A stretch of DNA of 64,000 nt from Parcubacteria group bacterium Gr01-1014_20 (lineage in GTDB: Bacteria > Patescibacteriota > Minisyncoccia > UBA6257 > 2-01-FULL-56-20): assembly GCA_007376265.1 (NCBI GenBank), contig VMFW01000005.1:198-64197 (forward strand). The letters run 5' to 3'. Positions 38,860 to 48,111 of the stretch are shown here, in pieces (within the stretch, counting starts at the first letter, position 1; each line of letters opens with the position of its first letter). The translations under genes and the position numbers were made by a program. The notes under the pieces were generated by a model that was not told the origin of the DNA, did no database searches, and saw nothing but the letters and a program-made list of their open reading frames with translations.

Positions 38860-39828
38860 TTATTTGGCTTTGGGTTTAACAAAGAACTCGTTATGGTTGT
38901 AAATTCTTTCTATCTCCTTTAATTCGGTTGAGGTTAGTGGGGTTAAACTGCTTGCCTTAAGATTCTCTACTACATCACTCTGACTAATCATACCCGGGAT
39001 TACGGCTGATACAACTTTATATGCGAGGCAAAACTGTAGCGCCAGTTGAGCCAAGTTTCTGTCCTTACCTTTATTTATGTGAGCAAAAAGTTCTGGGGCT
39101 CTTGCCCACGTCGCTATTTGCTCAACCGGCCAGCTGGAGCGATGATCTCGAGGGTCGAATTTAGCACCGGAATACTTGCCCGTCAAAAACCCAAAACAAA
39201 GGGGTGTTCTAGCCACAACTCCAATGTTTTTCTCGAGGGCGATTTCCATAAAACCGTTTTCAACTATCCTTTGATCAATCATGTTGAAATTAACCTGGAC
39301 GGATTCGAATCCAAGTTCATTCACGGCAATTAGGGAGTCGGCCGGCTTTCTTACTGAAACTCCGAATGCCAAGATTTTACCCTCTTTTTTCAAAGACTTC
39401 AGGGTTTCAATGATATTTTTTTCTTCCCTAACCACTTCAATAACCGGACTGTGAAGCTGATACAAGTCAATGTATTCGGTTTTTAGCCTCCTCAGGCTTT
39501 CCTCTAGTGAGTGGCGGATGTTTTGACTTGAGAAGTTTTGGGGTTCGTTATGGTCCGAAAATCCAACTTTTGTCGCGATTACTATATCTTTTCTTACGTC
39601 CTTAAACGTTTCTCCAATAAGTTCTTCACTGTGTCCGTATCCATAAACCCCCGCCGTATCGTAAAGAGTGATACCGTTGTCGTAGGCCAGCCGGAGTGCT
39701 TTTTTAGATTCGGCGTCATCGACTGGGCCATAGGAGGTTGCTCCCTTTGTTACTCCCCCAATCCCCCACGCCCCGAAACCAATCTCTGAAACCCTAAGAC
39801 CAGAACTTCCAAGATTCCTATATTTCAT
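38860..39828 (-). CDS. aldo/keto reductase
   Basis: VSEIGFGAW, DTAGVYG, ATKVG, SLRRLKTEYIDLYQLH. Confidence 0.93.
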   Translation of the reverse strand: MKYRNLGSSGLRVSEIGFGAWGIGGVTKGATSYGPVDDAESKKALRLAYDNGITLYDTAGVYGYGHSEELIGETFKDVRKDIVIATKVGFSDHNEPQNFSSQNIRHSLEESLRRLKTEYIDLYQLHSPVIEVVREEKNIIETLKSLKKEGKILAFGVSVRKPADSLIAVNELGFESVQVNFNMIDQRIVENGFMEIALEKNIGVVARTPLCFGFLTGKYSGAKFDPRDHRSSWPVEQIATWARAPELFAHINKGKDRNLAQLALQFCLAYKVVSAVIPGMISQSDVVENLKASSLTPLTSTELKEIERIYNHNEFFVKPKAK

Positions 39829-39831
39829 ATG

Positions 39832-40791
39832 TTAAACTCCCACCGGAGACCAAACAACAACTGAATAACCGTCGACAAATAAGCTTCCGATGTAGGTTCG
39901 TTGCGCTTGGTGAATTTTAATTCGGCCTCCTAGTTCTAGCCTTCTAAGAAAGTGCAGAAAACCATTCAGATAGTTTCTTTTTTTAAAATACTCAATGGAT
40001 AAGTAGTCCAAAAAGTTTGTTTCATCTAATAGTTCCGTGATGGGTTCAATATGGATGCAAATTTTTGGTTTATTCGAAAGTAGGTAGGTGATAAACTTTT
40101 CAAAGTTTTGTCCGGCTTGTTCAAGCGCGGCCACAGTATAAACAGCACTACCCGGCTCAAGACGAAAACTGTTGTCTGGGTTAAAAAAATCAAAGAGGTG
40201 TCCGGTTATGTTTTTTTCTAAGCCGGCCTCCTTTAGTAAGGATATGATTTTTTCTGCGGTGCTAGTCCAATCACATCCGTGGAGGCTGGCGGTTTTGTTT
40301 ATTTGTCTAGTCCTGAGCAGGTTGTGGCTGGTGCCGCAACCAAACTCGTAGATAGAAGGAACGTCTTTTAGGTATTTCTCAAACAACCAGTACTCTATTA
40401 CCGCAAGCATGTTGTATTCGAAATCTACAGAAAGCGGCTTAATAAGATCCTGCTTCCACCTAACAGCACCGTACTTACCGAAGTAGCGTGGGATCAGCGC
40501 GCTAACGACTTTGCTTTTCTCAAGAGTCGACAGGTTTTCGTGCCACCCCATTTCCCACTGACTTAACCTATGCTCCCCCGCGGGAATCACATTGTAATCG
40601 TTGATCGTTTTAACAATCTTTAACAACCAGGAGTCTCTTTCGGCCCGGCTAAAACTGCTATAAAGAAAGGGGTGGTTTTCTATCCACCCCGAGAGTTGGG
40701 GGGATATTTTTTCTCCTAGGACATTCTCGAAGTCGACTGGTAGTAGGGCAATTTTCTCTTTTTGGGTGAGGTTCGCTGAGTTATCGCTCAT
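39832..40791 (-). CDS. class I SAM-dependent methyltransferase-like protein
   Basis: YEFGCGTSHNL, GCDW, ALEQ, HIEP. Confidence 0.75.
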   Translation of the reverse strand: MSDNSANLTQKEKIALLPVDFENVLGEKISPQLSGWIENHPFLYSSFSRAERDSWLLKIVKTINDYNVIPAGEHRLSQWEMGWHENLSTLEKSKVVSALIPRYFGKYGAVRWKQDLIKPLSVDFEYNMLAVIEYWLFEKYLKDVPSIYEFGCGTSHNLLRTRQINKTASLHGCDWTSTAEKIISLLKEAGLEKNITGHLFDFFNPDNSFRLEPGSAVYTVAALEQAGQNFEKFITYLLSNKPKICIHIEPITELLDETNFLDYLSIEYFKKRNYLNGFLHFLRRLELGGRIKIHQAQRTYIGSLFVDGYSVVVWSPVGV

Positions 40792-40801
40792 GAAAAAGTA
40801 A

Positions 40802-41863
40802 TTAACTGTTAGTTGATTTTTCTCTGGCCAGATTCCACTCGATTGTTCTTTTTAAACCCTCTCGTAAAGCCACCTGGGGCTTGAAGCCGAATTCATTTTC
40901 CATCTTTTTCATGCTCAAGCAAACTCTAGAGGGGGCACCAATAACACTTGGGTCTTTTCCTGGTCCCGATACTACCATAGTTCCCATAAGCTCTCCGATT
41001 AGTAGGGCTAGCTCTTTGATGGTTACCTCCTCTTCTTGTGAGCCTACATTATATATCGCGTCTTTGGAAAATAGCAAAATGTTTAAGAGTTGCCTTAGGA
41101 CATCTGACATATAACAGAAACTCCTTAGATCCCTTCCGTCGTCGACCATGTTGATGACTTTTTCTAGATGGGCTTTTTTCATAAACTGACTAATGACTCG
41201 TTCGTCATCAAAGCTTAAGCCTGGTCCATAAGACAGTGCAGGACGGGCGATTCGAATATTAAGACCGTATTTTTGCATATAGCTTAAGCATAAGACTTCA
41301 GAGAGTCGTTTTGACTCAATGTAGCAAGCACGGTTGTTGGTAATTGAACTTGAGCCTTCATACGTTTCTGGGGTAGGAAAGCTTTCGGGAGTCGGTGAGC
41401 CGTAAATTTCGCTACTGCTTAGGTAAAGAATTCTGGCGTGAGGGCTGGTTTTGACAGCGCTTTCTAAGATGCTCTTTATGCCGATGTAGTTTACATCAAT
41501 GGTTCGAACGGGATTTTCCAAGAATGCGGCTGGGGCCGCATAGCCAGCGGCGTGGACAATAAAGTCGTATTTTTCATTGTAAACGTTGGGTTCTGATAGA
41601 TCTTTATTGGTAATCAGGAAATTGTTTGCATTCAGAAGAGCATATATCCTAGAGTTTTCTGTGATCTCGCTTTTAGTGACTAGGTGAACCTTGGTTTTGT
41701 AGTTAAGTTCTTCATTTAGGTAACTAAAAAAATAGGCGAGATAAGACCCAATAAGACCATTAGCTCCAGTGAGTAGGACGCTTTTGTTTCTTAGACCCAG
41801 AGAGTTAGTGCAGTCGGATATTTTTTTGACGTCCTCTAGTACTATTTTATCGATTAATTTCAT
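40802..41863 (-). CDS. NAD-dependent epimerase/dehydratase (UDP-glucuronate decarboxylase-like)
   Basis: TGANGLIG, HAAGYA.P, SSSEIYG, RACYIESKR, YGPG. Confidence 0.88.
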   Translation of the reverse strand: MKLIDKIVLEDVKKISDCTNSLGLRNKSVLLTGANGLIGSYLAYFFSYLNEELNYKTKVHLVTKSEITENSRIYALLNANNFLITNKDLSEPNVYNEKYDFIVHAAGYAAPAAFLENPVRTIDVNYIGIKSILESAVKTSPHARILYLSSSEIYGSPTPESFPTPETYEGSSSITNNRACYIESKRLSEVLCLSYMQKYGLNIRIARPALSYGPGLSFDDERVISQFMKKAHLEKVINMVDDGRDLRSFCYMSDVLRQLLNILLFSKDAIYNVGSQEEEVTIKELALLIGELMGTMVVSGPGKDPSVIGAPSRVCLSMKKMENEFGFKPQVALREGLKRTIEWNLAREKSTNS

Positions 41864-42752
41864 GAATGGCTTTCACTATACCTTCTTTGGTCAAACCATT
41901 AGCTTGACAGTGCTCCTCGTAAGAGCCGTAGTTGAGCAAAAATTTGTCCTCAATCCCCAATCTAGTATGTCGGAATGGGACCTTACTGCAAATTCTGGAG
42001 ATTTCATCTCCGATACCGCCAATAACGGAGTGTTCCTCTACGGTGACAAGTTTCTTGGTTTTTCCGAGACTTTTTATTAAAGTTCCGACAGAGTCCTCAG
42101 AGATCGGTTTGATGGTAGTTAAGTAGATTAGGTCACATTCGATTCCTTTTTCTTTCAGTTCGCTGACGGCGTTATTGGCATTCTCAAGTTGTGGCCCAGC
42201 AACAACTAAGGTAACGTCTTTGCCATTTATAATAGTTTCGACTTCGCCAAACTTGGGGTTGGTTTTTAAGCCGTGAGACTTGGCGGGGAGACGAAAGTAG
42301 GTAGGATGTCCGTTCGAGTAGGTTTCCCTAAATAGGGTGTCTAACTCGTGGGGAGCGGCGGGATATACGATCTGCATATTAGGTAAGGATCGCAATATGG
42401 CAATATCGTCGTATGAATGATGGGTGCATCCCAGTGATGCGTAGTCAAAGGCACTCCCGACGCTAACTATGTTTACCCCCACATCTTGATAACAAAGGTC
42501 GTCTTTTACCTGCTCGAAACATCTTTCGGTTACAAAGGGGGTGATGCTATGAACAACCGGAAAGAGGCCGCCCAGAGCTAGTCCGGAAGCCATACTCATC
42601 ATTGACTGCTCCGCCACGCCCATATTATAAAAACGGGTTCTGTGACTTTCCTCAAAATCTTTGAGTAGGAAGTGGCTAATATCGCCGATTAGAACAACCA
42701 GTTTGTCGTCTTTTCCTAATTCAAGTAGGGTTTTGGCAAATTGTTTTCTCAT
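41847..42752 (-). CDS. split transketolase, C-terminal (pyrimidine-binding) subunit
   Basis: NMGVAEQ, EQVK.D, GCTHH, EEHS.IGG. Confidence 0.92.
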   Translation of the reverse strand: MRKQFAKTLLELGKDDKLVVLIGDISHFLLKDFEESHRTRFYNMGVAEQSMMSMASGLALGGLFPVVHSITPFVTERCFEQVKDDLCYQDVGVNIVSVGSAFDYASLGCTHHSYDDIAILRSLPNMQIVYPAAPHELDTLFRETYSNGHPTYFRLPAKSHGLKTNPKFGEVETIINGKDVTLVVAGPQLENANNAVSELKEKGIECDLIYLTTIKPISEDSVGTLIKSLGKTKKLVTVEEHSVIGGIGDEISRICSKVPFRHTRLGIEDKFLLNYGSYEEHCQANGLTKEGIVKAIHEINR

Positions 42753-43510
42753 TTGAGTACTTCTTTTTTAAACATCTCCAGCTCCAGCTCTGTTGGTGCT
42801 TTGTGGTGCCAAGTAAAGAAGTTACTTTCCATCTCTCTAATACCCTTACCTTTCGTGGTGTTTGCTATGACACAAAGTGGTTTTGGGTGGTTGATATTGT
42901 TTTTATTGAAGAGTACTTCGGCTATTTCGCTGAGATCGTGGCCGTTTATTTCTCGGACTTCCCACCCGAAAGAAAGAAATTTGTCTTTCAGGTTTATTGA
43001 TGTCATTGCCCGGGTTTGAGATTTATTATTGTCAATAATAGCTACTAGGTTTAGGAGTTTGAGTTGTTCGGCATACATGGCTGTTTCCCAGATCGTTCCC
43101 TCGTTGGTTTCGCCGTCGCCGATGATGCAAAAGACTCTTCCCGGTTCGTTTTTTATTTTTTTTGAGAGAGCATAGCCGGCGGCGATTGGGAAGCCGTGAC
43201 CCAAAGACCCTGATGAGTTTAGTATGCCAATCTCGGGATTCTTGTGGGGGTGACCTCCCAAAACAGAGTCGTACTTACAAAAGGTGTCTAGCTCACTTTT
43301 AGTAATGTAGCCAAAATGAGCCAAAACGGCGTATAGAGCGGCGCTGGCGTGACCCTTGCTTAAAAAGAACTGATCGTTTTTTGTTTTATTTAGATGTATT
43401 GAGTAAAGGAGCTCCACAACCGAGAGGGCGCTTGGTATGTGTCCTTCTCCGGCCCGAGAAACCATCTCCAAAATGTTGAGCCTAATACCTTTTAGGTCTT
43501 CTTGGGGCAT
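42749..43510 (-). CDS. split transketolase, N-terminal (ThDP-binding) subunit
   Basis: GHIPSALS, LSKGHA, GSLGHG, GDGETNEG...DNN, TTKGKG. Confidence 0.93.
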   Translation of the reverse strand: MPQEDLKGIRLNILEMVSRAGEGHIPSALSVVELLYSIHLNKTKNDQFFLSKGHASAALYAVLAHFGYITKSELDTFCKYDSVLGGHPHKNPEIGILNSSGSLGHGFPIAAGYALSKKIKNEPGRVFCIIGDGETNEGTIWETAMYAEQLKLLNLVAIIDNNKSQTRAMTSINLKDKFLSFGWEVREINGHDLSEIAEVLFNKNNINHPKPLCVIANTTKGKGIREMESNFFTWHHKAPTELELEMFKKEVLK

Positions 43511-43602
43511 TGTTTGAAAAAATTATACTCGAGATCTCTGGGGTTGGGTAGTCAAACGAGCCGGAATGGATGTGTTTTCATTGATGCCCGTTTATCCTGT
43601 TT

Positions 43603-44355
43603 TTAGGCCTGCTTGCTGAAAAATTTTTGGGCTTTTTCATATCGTTCCGGAGTGCCGATGTCAACCAGCTCTGCTTCGGAGATAAAAGCAAGGCACTTCT
43701 GTCCTAGGATTTTGGGGAAGAGGTCGTACTCAATAGAAAATGCTACTTGGGGGGGTAGAAGACTCAGTATTGTCTTGTTCATGAAATACATACCCGCATT
43801 TACGAAGCCGCCATCGCCTCCAACAACTTTCTCATTAAAACTCAGAATTTGCCCTAGTGGGTTCGTTCTTACAACTCCGTAATCTAATGACTTCCGAGGA
43901 GCGGTAACCGCAATCGAGAGCGTCCCTTCTTTTTCAGTATGAAAAAGATAGAACTTCGGCAAATCCACATCACAGAAGGAGTCACCGTTCATGACTAAGA
44001 AATTTTCACTCCCAACCATTTCGCCAGCCTTCTTCAGCGCACCACCAGTACCAAGGGGGGTTTCTTCTTCTGAGAAAACGAAGTTGTTTGCGCGAGGGTG
44101 ATTTTTGAAATGTTTTACAATTTTCTCTTTCATGTAACCAGTGCTCAAAATAATCCTATTAAAGCCGTGAGCGAAGAGACGATCGACCAGGATATCTATG
44201 AAAACCCGACCTCCTACTTCCGCAAGAACTTTGGGACGATCAGACACAACAGTCCTTAATCTTTTCCCTTCGCCCCCACATAAAATAACCGCATCTATGT
44301 TTTTGAAGGGGTTGGGGATGCTTTCTGTTTTTTTACTCGATATCTGATGGACCAT
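43603..44355 (-). CDS. hddC: heptose-1-phosphate guanylyltransferase (HddC-like)
   Basis: LCGGEGKRL, PKVLA, PLGTGGA, NGDS, DIGTPE; follows hddA-like kinase; start uncertain. Confidence 0.8.
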   Translation of the reverse strand: MVHQISSKKTESIPNPFKNIDAVILCGGEGKRLRTVVSDRPKVLAEVGGRVFIDILVDRLFAHGFNRIILSTGYMKEKIVKHFKNHPRANNFVFSEEETPLGTGGALKKAGEMVGSENFLVMNGDSFCDVDLPKFYLFHTEKEGTLSIAVTAPRKSLDYGVVRTNPLGQILSFNEKVVGGDGGFVNAGMYFMNKTILSLLPPQVAFSIEYDLFPKILGQKCLAFISEAELVDIGTPERYEKAQKFFSKQA

Positions 44356-45328
44356 AGTAAATTACTTGACTGCCAATATTTTCGAATTTAACGGGGACGC
44401 AGAGCAAATTCTTTAGCTTTTCCTTAACGGCTGATTGAAACTCTGGCCTTACATAGAAGAGCATAAAACCACCCCCCCCTGCTCCGAGCAACTTCCCTCC
44501 CAGAGCTCCGGCTTGGCGGCCGGCTTCGTAAATTTCATCGATGTGTTTATTGGTAACCTGGGAAGTGAGCTGTCTTTTTATTTTCCAATTTTCGTGCAAG
44601 AGGCGGCCAAAATCGTCAAAGTTGTTTTCGCTTTCGATAATCGAGACGGCTTGATTAACCATGTCTTTCATTGTTTGTAATTCTTTGCTTTTTTCTGGTG
44701 TTCGGCGAATTTGTTCTGCTGCAATGTCGGACGCGTTTCTGGTGAGGCCCGTAAAAAACAAGAGCAGGCAGCTTTCAAGGGACTTGAGCTTTTCTAACTT
44801 CATGGTAACTGGAAAAACTGAAATGCGCTGTGGGCCGCCAAATTCGATCTTGTTGAAACCACCAAAGGCGGTTGCAACCTGATCTTGAGATCCAACATTT
44901 TCCTTGAGGATATCCTGCTCGACGTTGATTGCGTCAAAGGCTAGTTGCCTTTTTGTGACAAGACGACCCTGTAGGGCGTGTAGGGCGTGGATAAGACCGA
45001 CAGTGAATGCTGAACTAGAACCAAGCCCGGAACGAGCGGGCAAATCAGCATCGTGGTGAATTTCTACCCCCTTTTTGACATTTAAAAATTTTAGAGTTTC
45101 CCTTGCTGTTGGGTGTTGAATCTCATCTAGGTGTTTCACTGCTTCTATCCTTGACCAGACTAATCGGTGTTTGTGATCGAAAAACGGCGGGAGATACCTG
45201 CAGGTTATATAGCAGTAATTATTTATAGACGCAGAAAGAACGGCGCCGCCATTATCTTCGTACCAAGCTGGGTAATCGGTGCCCCCTCCAAAGAAAGAGA
45301 TCCTAAATGGTGTACGCGTGATGATCAT
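44333..45328 (-). CDS. hddA: D-glycero-alpha-D-manno-heptose-7-phosphate kinase (HddA-like)
   Basis: PFRISFFGGGTD, PARSGLGSSS, GSQD, GGKLLGAGGGGF. Confidence 0.85.
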   Translation of the reverse strand: MIITRTPFRISFFGGGTDYPAWYEDNGGAVLSASINNYCYITCRYLPPFFDHKHRLVWSRIEAVKHLDEIQHPTARETLKFLNVKKGVEIHHDADLPARSGLGSSSAFTVGLIHALHALQGRLVTKRQLAFDAINVEQDILKENVGSQDQVATAFGGFNKIEFGGPQRISVFPVTMKLEKLKSLESCLLLFFTGLTRNASDIAAEQIRRTPEKSKELQTMKDMVNQAVSIIESENNFDDFGRLLHENWKIKRQLTSQVTNKHIDEIYEAGRQAGALGGKLLGAGGGGFMLFYVRPEFQSAVKEKLKNLLCVPVKFENIGSQVIYYGPSDIE

Positions 45329-46272
45329 TAAACATTAGAAAACTGATGTCGCCGGACGACTTTATATCCTCGAATAAGCTCGGCGATGCCCTCGTCCAGT
45401 GAGATTTGGGTTTTGAAACCCGTTTTTTCAATCTTGGAATTGTTCACGATGTAATTACGTTTGTCGGGGTCTTTGCCGATTTTAGACTCAATAAAAACAA
45501 AACTTGGTATTTGTTTTTTTATCTCTTCGCAAAGTTCTAATTTGCTCAGATTGGCGTCAGAAAGACCGACGTTGTAGGTTTCGTTTTTCATGGTTTCGAA
45601 ATTTTCCATGGTGTGCATAAAGGCGTTGGCCACATCTCGAACGTGTATATAGTTGCGTTTAAAGTGTGGCTCGAACAAAACCACAGCTCCATCGTTAACT
45701 GCCCGATAAACAAAGTCATTCACTAGAAGATCAAGTCGCATTCGGGGACTAATTCCAAAAACGGTAGCCAGCCTGAGAGTGATTGTGTTTCCAGCCTCAA
45801 GCAGCTCTTTTTCGGCCTGCACTTTGAGTTTGCCATACAAAGAGACGGGATCGAGGGCGCTAGTTTCATCGCAGAAGGCAACTCCTTCGGCCATTCGGCC
45901 GTAACCGCTGTTGGTGTTTGGGAAAATTATTTTCTGTTCTTTTTCTCGAAGGCGCGCAATGGCTTGAATTGCTTCTAAGTTGGTTGTGCGAGCTCCGATA
46001 GGATCTTTATCGCAGCTCGGGGCGCCAACAACGCAGGCAAGGGGGATGATAAAATCCTTGTCTTTGAGGTTTTGTTTTATTAGCTCTTCGTCGCGCGCAT
46101 CCCCACGCACGATAGTGAGGGTTTTAAAGTTACAGACATCAAGGAGGGGGGTTTGATTGTAAATAAAACTATCGATGACGGTAACTTCATGACCTCTACG
46201 CAAAAGCTCTGGAACCAGTATGGATCCAATGTAGCCAGCTCCACCTGTGATAAGAATTTTCCTGGGCGACAT
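45328..46272 (-). CDS. GDP-heptose C4-dehydrogenase-like SDR (Campylobacter Cj1427 type)
   Basis: IIPLACVVGAP, PNTNSGYG, RLATVFGISPRMRLDLLVNDF, DPDKRNY recognised from the Cj1427 family (from memory). Confidence 0.8.
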   Translation of the reverse strand: MSPRKILITGGAGYIGSILVPELLRRGHEVTVIDSFIYNQTPLLDVCNFKTLTIVRGDARDEELIKQNLKDKDFIIPLACVVGAPSCDKDPIGARTTNLEAIQAIARLREKEQKIIFPNTNSGYGRMAEGVAFCDETSALDPVSLYGKLKVQAEKELLEAGNTITLRLATVFGISPRMRLDLLVNDFVYRAVNDGAVVLFEPHFKRNYIHVRDVANAFMHTMENFETMKNETYNVGLSDANLSKLELCEEIKKQIPSFVFIESKIGKDPDKRNYIVNNSKIEKTGFKTQISLDEGIAELIRGYKVVRRHQFSNV

Positions 46273-46277
46273 GGTAT

Positions 46278-46796
46278 TTACAAATACTTACCCTGCTCAT
46301 CCCGTTGCGAAACGATCGGATTCTTTACTGGCCACCAGATATTCAGCTTGGGATCGTTCCACTTGTAGGTAAACTGCTTCTCTGGGTTGTAGTAGGTTGA
46401 TTGTTTATAGTGAAAAATCGAAAGGTCGCTTAAAACCAAGTGAGCATTACCGTGTTTTGGGGGCACCAGGACCTGAAGGTGGTTTTCTGATGATAGGAGG
46501 AATGATTGCCACTGCCCAAAGGTTGGAGACGTTCCATCGCAGTTTACGACGACAAAGTAAAAACGCCCGTAAAGGCAGGATATTAGTTTCCAAGTTTCGG
46601 TATCACCGTGAATACCCCTAAGGACATGCTTACTCGAGACAGAAATGTCATCTTGAACAAAGTCGACATTAATACCGGTCTCAGCGTACAGGTTTTTACT
46701 GTAGGTTTGGACGTAATGACCCCGAAAGTCTTCGAAGACTTCCGGCTTAATTGTTATGACTCCCTCGAGTTTAGTTTTAGAAATCTCCATTCTCAT
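46278..46796 (-). CDS. RmlC-like 3,5-epimerase (Campylobacter Cj1430 type)
   Basis: FEDFRG, VLRGIHGD..TWKL..CLYG, GNAH, QFTYKWND. Confidence 0.85.
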   Translation of the reverse strand: MRMEISKTKLEGVITIKPEVFEDFRGHYVQTYSKNLYAETGINVDFVQDDISVSSKHVLRGIHGDTETWKLISCLYGRFYFVVVNCDGTSPTFGQWQSFLLSSENHLQVLVPPKHGNAHLVLSDLSIFHYKQSTYYNPEKQFTYKWNDPKLNIWWPVKNPIVSQRDEQGKYL

Positions 46797-46959
46797 GTAA
46801 TGAGTCCTTAATACTACGGGTTATTTATAGACCAATTACCTGTCTCTTTCAAGCCTTTTCGGCGGACTTGGTCAAGATGTGGAATTTTTCAATCTAGGAG
46901 AGACAGTCTTCCACCACAAGGAGGTGGCTGTTTAATAACGGCACGTAGCGTTGGGGTTT

Positions 46960-47511
46960 CTACTTTTCGTTGTAGTAATCTCCGTATTCTACGAGTAGAG
47001 TGGACTTTCCGTCCGGACGATTGATGGCTTTTTCATATTCCGGGAAGATTTGCTCTGGAGTGTCTAACCTCACAACTTCTATATTTTTTACGAGCAAACG
47101 CATGGCTTCGGTGAAGTCACCGCTATGTTGAACCCCGGGAAAAAGTGGTCTCTCTGATCCAATGGCAGTTTTAATGATAACTTTTGGCCAAACTTTTCCA
47201 TTAGTAATAACCGGGATTTTATCGAGGTGGTTAACCAACTGATTTAATGCCAGAAGGAGGAAATTGAATCGTGGGTAAATGCTGATCGGTATATAACCCG
47301 CTAATGCTAAACCGATCGACATGCCCATTTGGGTTTCTTCAAAAACCGGGAGTTCAATTCTTTTCTCGAGAGGTACGTTTTCAATGGTCTTAAAGATACT
47401 GTTTCCTGGAAAAGCTACGCTCTGCCCAATAAATAAGGTGCTGGGATTTTCTGCCAAATACAACATGGCTCTTGTAAGTTCTGATTTGTATCTTAGTTGT
47501 TCCATGCTCAA
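46960..47511 (-). CDS. short ThDP-dependent E1-beta-like subunit
   Basis: IELPVFEETQMG, NQLVNH, GVQH; 183 aa, no C-terminal domain. Confidence 0.8.
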   Translation of the reverse strand: MSMEQLRYKSELTRAMLYLAENPSTLFIGQSVAFPGNSIFKTIENVPLEKRIELPVFEETQMGMSIGLALAGYIPISIYPRFNFLLLALNQLVNHLDKIPVITNGKVWPKVIIKTAIGSERPLFPGVQHSGDFTEAMRLLVKNIEVVRLDTPEQIFPEYEKAINRPDGKSTLLVEYGDYYNEK

Positions 47512-47523
47512 TAAATTAAAGGC

Positions 47524-48111
47524 TTATCCGAAAGTAACCCACTTGCCACTGCCATAATGGGGATATTTATTCTTTTTATGTTCATACTTTGTAACTTTAT
47601 TTGCGGATTTCTCTTCTCCCCATGCTTTTTTAGTTGGAGTATTAGTTGAAATCCCGTTGTCCTCAATTACGAAAGAGATGGGGAGATTGTTTCGCTCTGC
47701 ATAGTTTACCGCTTCATGGAAAATGCCACCCTCGGCGGCCATATCTCCAACAAACACCCAGACGTGCTCAGTTAATTTTTTTTGCTTTATGGCGAAAGCC
47801 ACTCCGAGCGCAATCGGTGTGTTCCCACCGACAATCCCAGAGGAGTAGAAACGATGTTCGGGGTTACAAACGGTAATACTATTGCCTCGGATGATTTCTT
47901 CACGCAACCAGATTGGACTAACACCGTGCAAGAGAGCATGATAATGACTGCGATGGGTAGAAAAAACCCAATCGTTAGGTTTAATATCCCTGAATATTTC
48001 TATAAGTTGGTCCTCGTTACCATCGGAAAGATGGATGGGGGCTTTAATTTTACCGGTCTCAAACAGAGATGCGATATCTTCTTCGAACTTTATTAGCTCT
48101 TCTTTAGTCAT
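47524..48111 (-). CDS. short ThDP-dependent E1-alpha-like subunit
   Basis: HLSDGNE, STHRSHYH, GIVGG, GDMAAEGG...EDN; start reset to ATG 48111. Confidence 0.85.
   Translation of the reverse strand: MTKEELIKFEEDIASLFETGKIKAPIHLSDGNEDQLIEIFRDIKPNDWVFSTHRSHYHALLHGVSPIWLREEIIRGNSITVCNPEHRFYSSGIVGGNTPIALGVAFAIKQKKLTEHVWVFVGDMAAEGGIFHEAVNYAERNNLPISFVIEDNGISTNTPTKKAWGEEKSANKVTKYEHKKNKYPHYGSGKWVTFG

Noticed and set aside
29723-44480. C/G homopolymer runs (near 29723, 38625, 44472) as phase-variation tracts
   Set aside because: Only 7-8 nt long, in frame, and explained by Gly codons
46797-46959. Intergenic spacer with short inverted repeats (CTGTCTCT/AGAGACAG, CCACC/GGTGG) as ops/JUMPstart or ncRNA
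   Set aside because: No GGCGGTAG ops motif and the stems are too short to support a call
46960-48111. Pyruvate dehydrogenase complex
   Set aside because: Subunits are much shorter than PDH E1, no E2/E3 nearby, and they are embedded in nucleotide-sugar genes
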